Assembly (NCBI GenBank): GCA_964536965.1
Contig: CAZIAL010000004.1
Location: 6,614-70,613 of the forward strand
DNA: 64,000 bases
Source of the DNA: an uncultured Bacteriovoracaceae bacterium
GTDB lineage: Bacteria > Bdellovibrionota > UBA1018
Reading direction: 5' to 3'
Under the pieces are notes generated by a model, which searched no databases, was not told the origin of the DNA, and saw only the letters and a list, made by a program, of their open reading frames with translations. Positions 46,901 through 55,640 of the stretch are shown in pieces; within the stretch, counting starts at the first letter, position 1, and each line of letters starts with the position of its first letter. Made by a program: the position numbers and the translations under genes.

Positions 46901-47050
46901 GGTGGAGATCGAGAGAATGTCGAAGTTCACGTTCGGGAATACTTCGCGGCGAATCAGGAAAGTCGAAGCAAGACCGACGACGACGACGAATAAGGTCAGG
47001 AGATTGCCGAAAAGTTTTTGCCGGACGAAATAGGCGATTAGGGCGTTCAT
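43913..47050 (-). CDS. RND efflux transporter (AcrB/CzcA superfamily)
   Basis: 1045 aa with a 12-TM architecture and two large periplasmic loops. The N-terminus reads [21 protein letters not shown]...[24 protein letters not shown]. Confidence 0.92.
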   Translation of the reverse strand: [1045 protein letters not shown]

Positions 47051-48579
47051 GGCTTCGCCTCGCCCCCGGGCTGACCCGTTCCGAGTTCATAAAGACCGCC
47101 TTCGGTCTCGAGGACCTGCCAGGCCGCGAGCCGGCGCTCCACTTCCGAGCGCTGCAGCGAATGCTCGGCCGCGACGCGATCATCCGAGGCGATGACCACC
47201 TGGGTAAGGCCCGATCGTCCGATGCGAAATCGGCTTTCCTCCAGGCGAAGACGTTCGGACTGGAGATTGAAAATGTCCCGGGCTCTCCGGTGGGCCTGTT
47301 CCTTGGTTTCGAGGCCGATGCAGCGATTCGTCTTCAGCACCTTCTCCTGGTCCCGTTCACGATCCGCCACCGCGCGCGCGCGAACGGCCTGGGTCGCCGC
47401 GAGCTGGGCGTCGCCTTTCACGGAGGAAGGTCCGATCGGAATTTCCGCCGCCAGCTCCACGCTCCAGGCGGGAAAGGTGCGCTGTCCGACCGTCCGCCCC
47501 GTTTCCGCGCGCGAAATTCCGTCGATCCCGTTCGCTCCATAGGTCCCGTTCAGCACGATATCGAAGCCCTCTTCGGCCCGGAGGCTCGCGGCCGTGGCTT
47601 CGAGTCCCTTCGCCTGGGCGTCCGCGGCTTTCTTGCGCAGGGATTCGGTACCGCGACCGGACTCTTTCGCGTAGGCCTGGCAGCGCGCGCGGGCGAGGTC
47701 CATCGGAGAATCGAGGTCCACCGGAACGGTCATCGGGTCCACGGCGAGGAGCTCGCGGGGAAGATCGAGAGAGATGATCAGCCCTCGCCAGACGTCGCCC
47801 AGGATTCGTTTCGCTTCTTCAGTCTCGTTTTCGGAAGCCTTCAGTGCGGATTCGGACTGCAGCACGTCCGGGCGCTCGGCCGTGCCCCGGCGGGAACGAA
47901 TTCGCGTGACGGCCAGCAGGTCGTTCTTGTTCTTCAGGTTGTTTTCTGCGGCTCGGACATCGGCCTGTCCAAGCCACGCGCGGTAATAGGATTCGATCGC
48001 GCCGAGGGTCGTGCGATCCAGTTCCGATCGATAAGCGAGTTCGTTCGCCGTGCGGCCCGTTTCTCCGGCGGAAAGGCGCAAGCGATCCGCTCCGTACCAC
48101 AGTCCGCGGAGAAGGCTCTGACGAGCGGAAAGGATGACGCGAGATTCGTAATACGGCGCGATCGCCGTGCCCGGAAAATTCAGGGACGTATTGCTGTGCT
48201 GGAGTTCCACGCCTAGGCGGGTTCCGGTCCATTGCAGCCCCTGCTGGTATCCGAGGAAGTAAGTCGTGGAAGTGTTCCGATTCGGCGCGAACGGATTCGA
48301 AGGCTCGAAGCGGTCGTCGAGTTTGCGCATTCCGAAATTCAGGCGCGAGGCGAGGGGAGCCATCGCTTGGAAGTAATTTGCATCGAGCGAGAGCTGGCTT
48401 GCGTCCACGGCCCGATACACGGCGGCCGACTTCCGCGATTTTTCGAGGACCGTGCGGAGGGTCAGGCGAAAGCCGGGAGGAATCCCTGAAGGAGGGGATT
48501 CCGCCGAAATCCCGTCCGAAGGGGTCATCAGGCTGGCGAGAAGTACGAAAGTGAAGACAGGCAAATGGAGCTTCAACAT
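47047..48579 (-). CDS. TolC-family outer-membrane efflux protein
   Basis: ATG at 48579 (MLKLHLPVFTFVLLASLMTP). Two repeated coiled-coil/beta halves. Its stop overlaps the RND start. Confidence 0.85.
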   Translation of the reverse strand: MLKLHLPVFTFVLLASLMTPSDGISAESPPSGIPPGFRLTLRTVLEKSRKSAAVYRAVDASQLSLDANYFQAMAPLASRLNFGMRKLDDRFEPSNPFAPNRNTSTTYFLGYQQGLQWTGTRLGVELQHSNTSLNFPGTAIAPYYESRVILSARQSLLRGLWYGADRLRLSAGETGRTANELAYRSELDRTTLGAIESYYRAWLGQADVRAAENNLKNKNDLLAVTRIRSRRGTAERPDVLQSESALKASENETEEAKRILGDVWRGLIISLDLPRELLAVDPMTVPVDLDSPMDLARARCQAYAKESGRGTESLRKKAADAQAKGLEATAASLRAEEGFDIVLNGTYGANGIDGISRAETGRTVGQRTFPAWSVELAAEIPIGPSSVKGDAQLAATQAVRARAVADRERDQEKVLKTNRCIGLETKEQAHRRARDIFNLQSERLRLEESRFRIGRSGLTQVVIASDDRVAAEHSLQRSEVERRLAAWQVLETEGGLYELGTGQPGGEAKP

Positions 48580-48648
48580 GGGGTCATTCGGATCTGGGGA
48601 AGGCGCGAAGTTATCGCGGTCCGCGAGAAATGACAACGAAGCTTGCGT

Positions 48649-49074
48649 CTACAGGACGAGAGTTCGATACGCGAGGCGTGCCCAGATCACCCAGAGCGAG
48701 AGCGATCCGATGGCATAAGTCATCGCTCGCGAGCGGACGTGGTTCGTCGTGCAGTGGATCAGACTATGGAGGATCCGAAACAGGACGAAAAACCATGCTG
48801 CGGCAAGGTAGAAGGGGTCCGTCGCGTTCGTCACCAAGATCAGAAGGATGGCGACGTAAAAGAGCACCGGCATCTCAAAGAGGTTCTCGAAATTGTCGTT
48901 GGGGTTCGCGACGTCCTTCAGGATTCGCTCCGCGTCGGCGCCATCCGCCAGCGACTGGGGCCGGATCCGATTCCGAACGATGAAGGAGACTCGTGAATAG
49001 ATCAACCACCCCCAGACGATGAACGTCAGGCCGACCTGGGCGAAGAGCGGGTAAAGGATGGATTTAACGTGCAT
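48649..49074 (-). CDS. MAPEG-family membrane protein
   Basis: ATG at 49074 gives 141 aa and four TMs. NPNDNFENLFEMPVLFY resembles the MAPEG N-x-x-E-N-x-P motif. Confidence 0.65.
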   Translation of the reverse strand: MHVKSILYPLFAQVGLTFIVWGWLIYSRVSFIVRNRIRPQSLADGADAERILKDVANPNDNFENLFEMPVLFYVAILLILVTNATDPFYLAAAWFFVLFRILHSLIHCTTNHVRSRAMTYAIGSLSLWVIWARLAYRTLVL

Positions 49075-49174
49075 CGTCGAAGGGTCTCTTAACCGGTTCC
49101 GAGAATCAATCGCGGAGAAGTCCCGGCGGAGATTCCATGGCGGCGGTTTTGGACGGCTGTGGTAACCGAAATTC

Positions 49175-50728
49175 ATGAAAAATTTCCTTTCGCGCATCGG
49201 GACCGCACTGGGTTTGTGCGCTTGGGGGGTCGGTTTTCCCGCCATCGCGCACGCGGATTTAAACGGAGTCATGCTCCAGTACTTCCACTGGAATCTGCCG
49301 GACGATGGCTTGCACTGGAACCAGCTCGCGGACGAATCGGAAGGACTGTTTCAGGCGGGGTTTTCCGCCGTGTGGCTTCCGCCGGCCACGAAGGGCGCGT
49401 ACGGTCCGAGCGATGTCGGGTACGCTCCCTACGACCATTATGATCTCGGCGAGTTCAACCAGCGCGGCTCGGTGCGGACGAAGTACGGGACGAAGAAGCA
49501 GTATCTGCGCGCGATCAAGGCCGCCCACCGCGCGGGGCTTTATGTGATTTCGGATGTCGTGATGAATCACGTCGGCGGCGCGGACGCGATCGAACGCGGG
49601 CGCGCCGTTCGGGTGGATCCGAAGAATCGGAATCATGTCCTCGGCGAAGAGATCGAAATCGAGGCCTGGACGAAATTTCTCTTTAAGGAGCGCGCCGGCA
49701 GGTACTCGAAGTTCCAGTGGAACTGGGAACATTTCAGCGGCGTGGATTTCGCGAAGAATCGCGATGAGCGCGGTAGTATCTACAGGCTGAGCCGCAGCGG
49801 TCACACGGGCTGGGGCTGGGAGGTCGATCGCGAAAACGGAAACTACGATTACCTCATGTTCAACGATGTCGATTTCCAGAACCCCGAGGTGCGGAAGCAT
49901 CTTCTGCAGTGGGGAGACTGGTACATTCGTGAAACCCAGGTCGATGGCTTTCGCATCGATGCCGTGAAGCATATGCAGTTCGAATTCGTCCGGGACTGGG
50001 TCCGCTGGGTGCAGGGCGCGAAACGAAATGTCTTCGCGGTCGCCGAGTACTGGCATTCGGATCTCTCGGTGCTGAAGAATTACGTCCAGAAGACCGAAGG
50101 GGTGGTCTCCCTCTTCGATTTCGGTCTGCACGATCGACTCAAGAGCGCGGCCGCGGCTCGGGGCGCCTACGATCTCGGGTCCCTCTTTCATGGGACCTTC
50201 ACCGAATTCGACCCGACTCGTTCCGTCACTTTCGTCGAAAACCACGACACTTATCGGTTCGCGCCGAAGCGGACGCGGCAGGCGGAAAGCTGGTTCAAGC
50301 CATCGGCCTATGCGCTGATCCTGCTCCGAAGGGACGGGTTTCCCTGCGTTTTCGACCTCGACTATCGCGGGGGCCACGGCACGGCGATTCGCAAACTTCT
50401 CAAGGCGCGACTCAGGTACGCGCACGGGAAGCAGATCGATTACTTCGACGATCGGGACGTCGTCGGATGGACTCGCGCGGGAAATCGCGCCCATCCCAAG
50501 GCGCTGGCCGTGGTCGTCACCGACTCCTTCTCCCTCCCGAAGAACGCGCGCAAGCGAATGTTCGTCGGCCGGAAGTCCGGCGCGGCGAACATTCGGAGGT
50601 TTCGCGAGCTGATGGGAAATCACTCGGTTGCCGTGGAAGTCGGCGCCGACGGCTGGGGCGAGTTCCCCGTCCGGAGCGCATCGGAAGAGCGGCCGGAGAG
50701 CGGGCTCTCGGTCTGGGCCGAAATTTAG
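49175..50728 (+). CDS. secreted alpha-amylase (GH13)
   Basis: A signal peptide, then GVMLQYFHWN, DVVMNHVGG, GFRIDAVKHM, EYW and FVENHDT. Confidence 0.92.
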   Translation: MKNFLSRIGTALGLCAWGVGFPAIAHADLNGVMLQYFHWNLPDDGLHWNQLADESEGLFQAGFSAVWLPPATKGAYGPSDVGYAPYDHYDLGEFNQRGSVRTKYGTKKQYLRAIKAAHRAGLYVISDVVMNHVGGADAIERGRAVRVDPKNRNHVLGEEIEIEAWTKFLFKERAGRYSKFQWNWEHFSGVDFAKNRDERGSIYRLSRSGHTGWGWEVDRENGNYDYLMFNDVDFQNPEVRKHLLQWGDWYIRETQVDGFRIDAVKHMQFEFVRDWVRWVQGAKRNVFAVAEYWHSDLSVLKNYVQKTEGVVSLFDFGLHDRLKSAAAARGAYDLGSLFHGTFTEFDPTRSVTFVENHDTYRFAPKRTRQAESWFKPSAYALILLRRDGFPCVFDLDYRGGHGTAIRKLLKARLRYAHGKQIDYFDDRDVVGWTRAGNRAHPKALAVVVTDSFSLPKNARKRMFVGRKSGAANIRRFRELMGNHSVAVEVGADGWGEFPVRSASEERPESGLSVWAEI

Positions 50729-51672
50729 CGCGGCGGCAAGGGCTGATTCGCCGGCGTCCGCAGGTTTTCGAAAACCGAGTAGGCGGAGGCGATGATGCTG
50801 TGGGGATCGCCGATGTTCGCCGGAACGATGATCGTCCGGGCTTCCGTGGCGAGCGTGCCGAGCTGCTTCACGTATTCTTCGGCCACGCGGAGTTTCGCCG
50901 CCTGATCGCCGCCCGGCGAGTTCAGGGCGTTCGCCACCGAACGTAAACCTTCGGCCGTCGCGTTCGCGACCGCGAGGATCGCCGCGGCCTTCCCGTCGGC
51001 TTCGTTGATCTGTTTGAGTTTATCGGCTTCGGAGTTTTTGATCGTTTCCTGCTTCACCCCTTCGGCACGGTTGATCTTCGAGTCGCGATCTGCTTCCGAT
51101 TCGAGAATCTTGGCTCGTTTCTCGCGTTCGGCGCGCATTTGCTTTTCCATGGCGTCGAGGACATCGCGAGGAGGGGTGATCGATTTGATTTCGTAGCGAA
51201 GGACTTTCACGCCCCAGGGATCCGTCGCATGGTCGACGGCCATGATGACCGCGTTGTTGATCTTTTCGCGTTCCTCGAAACTGCGGTCGAGGTCGAGTTT
51301 TCCGATCTCGCTCCGGAGCGCCGTCTGGGCGAGCTGGACAATGGCGAGTTCGTAGTTGGATATGCCGTAGCTGGCTTTCACCGCATCCACGACGCGAAAG
51401 AAGAGGACGCCGTCGATATTCACCGAGACGTTGTCCTTGGTGATGCAGACCTGGGCTGGGATATCGAGAACGAACTCCTTCATATTATGTTTGATGCGGA
51501 TGTTGTCCACGAACGGAATGACGACGTGGAGGCCCGCTTCGAGGATGCGGTGGAATTTCCCGAGGCGCTCGACGACGAAGATTTCCTGCTGGGGTACGAT
51601 GCGGACGGCGCGAAAGACGGTGATGACGAAGAATCCGCCGACGAGAAGCGAGAAGAGGGTCGAGATATCCAT
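50725..51672 (-). CDS. SPFH/band-7 (stomatin-like) protein
   Basis: Sequence seen: VRIVPQQEIFVVERLGKFHRILEAGLHVVIPFVD...TKDNVSVNIDGVLFFRV. Confidence 0.92.
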   Translation of the reverse strand: MDISTLFSLLVGGFFVITVFRAVRIVPQQEIFVVERLGKFHRILEAGLHVVIPFVDNIRIKHNMKEFVLDIPAQVCITKDNVSVNIDGVLFFRVVDAVKASYGISNYELAIVQLAQTALRSEIGKLDLDRSFEEREKINNAVIMAVDHATDPWGVKVLRYEIKSITPPRDVLDAMEKQMRAEREKRAKILESEADRDSKINRAEGVKQETIKNSEADKLKQINEADGKAAAILAVANATAEGLRSVANALNSPGGDQAAKLRVAEEYVKQLGTLATEARTIIVPANIGDPHSIIASAYSVFENLRTPANQPLPPR

Positions 51673-51714
51673 GACGAGGTTTCCTTAGCGAACAGAGGGG
51701 AAGTGGAGCCGCGC

Positions 51715-52161
51715 TTATCGGGCGGCTGGTTTGATGAAAATCTTATTGCCTTCGATGCGGACGATGCTGGCGCGGGCGCCCACGGCCAAAGTCGCGTCGG
51801 ATTCGTTGATCGCGGACCAGGGCGTTCCCTGGTAGGAGACTCTGCCCTCGCCGCGGGCCGGGATCGCCGATTCGAGCGTGACCGACTGATTCTGGTCGAT
51901 CTGGTAGTCGGGAGCGCCCTTCTGGAAGTTCGCAAGAATTCGTTTTCGGAACGCGAGCAGCCCGAGCGTGCCGACGATGGAAAAGGCGAGAATTTGGTGG
52001 GTAAAGGCGGAGAGTCCGAACTGCCAGGCGGCGATCGCGACGAGTAGAGAGGCCGCTCCGTAGAAGAGCATGATGATCACCTGTGTGAACACCTCGATAA
52101 CCAGGAGGACCACGCCGAGAATGGCCCAGAACCAGGGGTCCGAAAAGCTGAAGTTTTCCAT
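51715..52161 (-). CDS. NfeD-family membrane protein
   Basis: 148 aa with N-terminal TMs and a C-terminal OB-like GEGRVSYQGTPWSAINE...VRIEGNKIFIKP. It lies upstream of the SPFH gene. Confidence 0.85.
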   Translation of the reverse strand: MENFSFSDPWFWAILGVVLLVIEVFTQVIIMLFYGAASLLVAIAAWQFGLSAFTHQILAFSIVGTLGLLAFRKRILANFQKGAPDYQIDQNQSVTLESAIPARGEGRVSYQGTPWSAINESDATLAVGARASIVRIEGNKIFIKPAAR

Positions 52162-52291
52162 GCCCGAATTACAGCAAGGAAAGGGGAGGACCGCAATGGG
52201 GATCGGACGGCGTGAGCGGCATCGACCTCGGAGGGTGGCGTCCCTGCCCGCCCGACCGAGGTCGATGAATCCGCTCTACGGCGACGTACGC

Positions 52292-52621
52292 TTAGTGGAC
52301 GATCCGCTTCGAACCGCCGCCGGCCGTCGTGTAATCGTTTCCTTCCAGTTTCACGAGCTTGTTGTAGATGCCGATGAGCAAAAAGCTCGGAGCCCAGAGG
52401 CCGACGAAGTTCGCATACTCTTTCTTCTGCGAGGTGGCGAGAATGACGGCCGAAGCGGCCATGCTGCCTACCGCGAGGCCGAGCCAGGCCATGGATGGAA
52501 TCTTGCCGGTCTGATTTTCCACCCGCGCGGTCATCTGGCCTTCGGTGGTATCGCCCTGCTTCAGAAATTTCTTCGCCGAGATTTTCGATTTCGAGCGGCG
52601 TTGGGTTTGGGTTTGGTTCAT
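52292..52621 (-). CDS. small membrane hypothetical protein
   Basis: The ATG at 52621 is preceded by AAGGAG. The product is 109 aa with a basic N-terminus and two hydrophobic spans. Confidence 0.6.
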   Translation of the reverse strand: MNQTQTQRRSKSKISAKKFLKQGDTTEGQMTARVENQTGKIPSMAWLGLAVGSMAASAVILATSQKKEYANFVGLWAPSFLLIGIYNKLVKLEGNDYTTAGGGSKRIVH

Positions 52622-52726
52622 GAGGGATCTCCTTGGGTTAGGTGTGAAGAATTGTTCACCCGGGTGAATTGCAACCCGCATACCTAGTTTTCCGAGGAAG
52701 AACGCCCGCCTGGAATGAAGATTCCC

Positions 52727-54301
52727 TTAATAGAGATCCGGATCCATCAGCGAATATTCGGTCTGATGTTTTCCGCGGATCAGTCGGGAGTGGGATGAGT
52801 TAAATACGGCGTCGAGACTCGGATCTTCCATCGTCATCTGGAGAATCCGCCCGAACGTGAAAAAGTGGACGTCGGTCGTGGTGCCCCAGTCGTCGCCGAG
52901 GGCGTCGCGGAACTCTTGCGGAGCGTGGTCAGCCGATTCGGTGACCCAGTTCTTCGTCGAATCGGGACGGAGTTTTCGAATCGCTGCGGAAACCTCGGGA
53001 TTCCGTGTCGCCAGCGCGATCGGCGCGTTCGTCGTGATCAGCCGATGCCAGATGTCCTTAATCGACGCTCCTCCGAGGACGACCCTTGCCTGCGTGACCG
53101 TCGCCGCGGCCACGCCAAACAGAACACGGTGGAGGTACTGCGGATCCTGCGCGAGTTGCGCGGGGTCCAGTCCGGTGACTTCGATCGCATGCGCCTGGGC
53201 GCTGAGAATCGCGGCGCCCTTCGGTTCACTCGCGTCGATGTAACGTTTCGCCTGCCGAAGTCGCTTCGTCAGCGGCATGGCGAGGAGCCTTTCCATCGCG
53301 GCTTTCGAGCGTGACTCGGAGATCCCCGCGCCGCGGAGCTGGGCATGGACGGAATTCACTCCCCACGGGGAAAAGTCCTGGATCAGGATAGGAAAGGGGG
53401 ACGGTCCATTCACTCCCATCCAGTTCGCTTCGAGCCAGAGCGTGCCTCGGAAGGATTCGATCAGGTCCACGATGATGTCGTCGGTGAAGCGGGCATCGCC
53501 GATGATGCTCTTCAGCTCGCGAATGAGTGGGGAGCTTTTTTCGAGGGAATGCGTTTTCAGGATCTGCGCCAGCGGAATCATCAGTATCGAGTCGCCGTCG
53601 CGAACGGCGTTCTTCGAGAACTGGGTGCCCGGAAATCGCTTGAGATAGCTCAGCGTATGGGCCGGGCTGATCGCATGGAGCATGACGTAAGCGTCCTCGA
53701 TCCGTCCTCCCAGCGTTTTCACCTCGCGGTAGGCTTTCTGGGTCGCGAAGTCGAGGAGCGTGTTAATGTCGCCTTCTTCCACCTGGGCCGCCCGTCCCCA
53801 TTCCCAAAGGAAGGGATACTTCTTTCGATCGACTTCGCTCGCGAGATTTTTCCATTTCGGCTCGAGCATCCAAGGGAGGATCCGCGCGCGGACGGCGCCG
53901 TCGTAGTCCTGTCCGCTCACGCTCCAGAGCGTCGCTTCGGTATGCCCGCCGATGGAGTGTTCGAAAAAGCTGATTTGTTTCGGCGCGAGATTCGATCCGA
54001 GTTCGGCGTATTCCATGACCTGGGCTTCGGAAAGGATTCCGCGTTTCGCCATCTCGCGAAGGGCGAACATTTGCTGGTGGGCGAGTAGCGTCGAACATTC
54101 TCCCACAAACTCGTGATGCCGGAGGGAGTTCACGCTTTGCCAACCTGTCGGGCCTTGTCGCCATTCGAGCTGGAGCCCGCCCTTCGATAGCGCCGAGGCC
54201 GCGTAGACGGTATGGATCACGGTATCCGCTCGCGCACTCGAATGGACCAAAAGTCCGAGCGCGACGATCGCGGACAGTAGTGGAGGGGAGAGCCGAGCCA
54301 T
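52727..54301 (-). CDS. secreted hypothetical protein (524 aa)
   Basis: Signal MARLSPPLLSAIVALGLLVHSSARA. Coding-like composition. No family recognised. Confidence 0.7.
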   Translation of the reverse strand: MARLSPPLLSAIVALGLLVHSSARADTVIHTVYAASALSKGGLQLEWRQGPTGWQSVNSLRHHEFVGECSTLLAHQQMFALREMAKRGILSEAQVMEYAELGSNLAPKQISFFEHSIGGHTEATLWSVSGQDYDGAVRARILPWMLEPKWKNLASEVDRKKYPFLWEWGRAAQVEEGDINTLLDFATQKAYREVKTLGGRIEDAYVMLHAISPAHTLSYLKRFPGTQFSKNAVRDGDSILMIPLAQILKTHSLEKSSPLIRELKSIIGDARFTDDIIVDLIESFRGTLWLEANWMGVNGPSPFPILIQDFSPWGVNSVHAQLRGAGISESRSKAAMERLLAMPLTKRLRQAKRYIDASEPKGAAILSAQAHAIEVTGLDPAQLAQDPQYLHRVLFGVAAATVTQARVVLGGASIKDIWHRLITTNAPIALATRNPEVSAAIRKLRPDSTKNWVTESADHAPQEFRDALGDDWGTTTDVHFFTFGRILQMTMEDPSLDAVFNSSHSRLIRGKHQTEYSLMDPDLY

Positions 54302-54348
54302 TCTCTGCTTATCGGAGGGTGGCGAGGTTTTCTGAGAGCCGCGCGGAA

Positions 54349-54786
54349 CTACTGCGGTCGATTCGCCAGTTCTTTGGCGCCCCCGGAGGTTTCTTCGCTT
54401 CCCTCCCAGTTCCGCAGGACTTCGACGATTTTTTCGAGTTCCCGGCGAATGGCCGGGAGGTCGGCATAGTCCCGAGCGCGCTGCAGGGCCAACAGCTGCC
54501 GCTCGATCGCGCGTTTCCGCTCTTCCAGGCCCGTCACTTGGAGGCTCCGAAGCATCATCACATATTCCTTCTCGGCCGTCGGCAGGCCGATCTGGGACAT
54601 GACCCGGAAGAGCTGATCCTCGGAGAAATGGGATTGTTCGTCGTTCAGAACCCGGGACAGGTAGGTCGGCTGGATGCCCAGGTTCGACGCCAGGCGGGTC
54701 AGCGTGAAAGCGGGCCGCTTTCTCCGCTGGGAACGCACATATTCACGAAGGAACTGCTTATAGTCGCGATATTCGAACGCCGTCAT
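54349..54786 (-). CDS. HTH protein, TIGR02147-like N-terminal module
   Basis: FEYRDYKQFLREYVRSQRRKRPAFTLTRLASNLGIQPTYLSRVLN matches my memory of the family N-terminus. At 145 aa it is shorter than typical members. Confidence 0.65.
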   Translation of the reverse strand: MTAFEYRDYKQFLREYVRSQRRKRPAFTLTRLASNLGIQPTYLSRVLNDEQSHFSEDQLFRVMSQIGLPTAEKEYVMMLRSLQVTGLEERKRAIERQLLALQRARDYADLPAIRRELEKIVEVLRNWEGSEETSGGAKELANRPQ

Positions 54787-54869
54787 AGGGGAGGTCTATA
54801 ACGCATTGCTGCATACCGAGAAAGTGCTATTTTAATTTAATTAAAAAAAATATGAATTAAACTAAAAAG

Positions 54870-55526
54870 ATGGGAAATCGGAAAGGATCTCTCCGGAAAT
54901 CGAAGCCGGGGCTGGGGAAAACGTCGGCGGGCCAGCCCCTCGACCGCCGCGCGCGAATCATCGCTGCCGCGCTCGAATGCTTCGGGGAAAAGGGCGTACC
55001 AGGTACCCGCATGGCCGAGGTCGCGAAACGCGCCCGCATCGATCCGCCCCTGATCCATTACTATTTCCCCGACCTGGAGACCCTCCATGTCGCGGTGATC
55101 GAAAAAGCGCTCGAGGGGCTGAGAGAATACAGTCTCCGGGGCGCGAAAAACCACCCCGACCATCCGCGGCTGGAAATGAAAGAATATATCGCAGCTCCGC
55201 TGACCTGGGTTCGTGATTTCCCCGCCCACATGACGCTATGGCTTTACTTCTACTATCGCGCGACCCATATGGGTCCCTTCCGAAAAATGAATGATGCCAT
55301 CCGAAAGGTGGGTCGCGAAAGAATCCGGCTCATGATCTATCGGGGCATCGAAAACGGCGACTTCCGCCTCGCATCGGGCGTATCCGCCGAAGAGGCCGCA
55401 GCCGAAATCCAGGCCATCCTCACCGGCATCGCGGTGGTCTTCGCCACCGAAAGCGATTTCGGATTCGAGCGCGCTCTCCGCATGAATGAAGCGCGGATTT
55501 TCGCCATTCTCGGCGTCGCGAGCTGA
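54870..55526 (+). CDS. TetR/AcrR family transcriptional regulator
   Basis: RRARIIAAALECFGEKGVPGTRMAEVAKRARIDPPLIHYYFPD is an HTH typical of TetR. Confidence 0.9.
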   Translation: MGNRKGSLRKSKPGLGKTSAGQPLDRRARIIAAALECFGEKGVPGTRMAEVAKRARIDPPLIHYYFPDLETLHVAVIEKALEGLREYSLRGAKNHPDHPRLEMKEYIAAPLTWVRDFPAHMTLWLYFYYRATHMGPFRKMNDAIRKVGRERIRLMIYRGIENGDFRLASGVSAEEAAAEIQAILTGIAVVFATESDFGFERALRMNEARIFAILGVAS

Positions 55527-55640
55527 GCCGGGATCGGACCGGGATCTAGACTGCGGGCGCAACTCTTTCGTTCCGCCCTATCCTTTGCGTGCGTCGTGCC
55601 CGGAGGCGCTTCGGCTTAAGACGTGAGCAGAGGAGATTCT

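Noticed and set aside
50725-50728. Convergent alpha-amylase and SPFH genes overlap at their stop codons.
   Set aside because: It is a real sequence feature, but 3'-end overlap of convergent genes is common in compact genomes. No further structure was seen.
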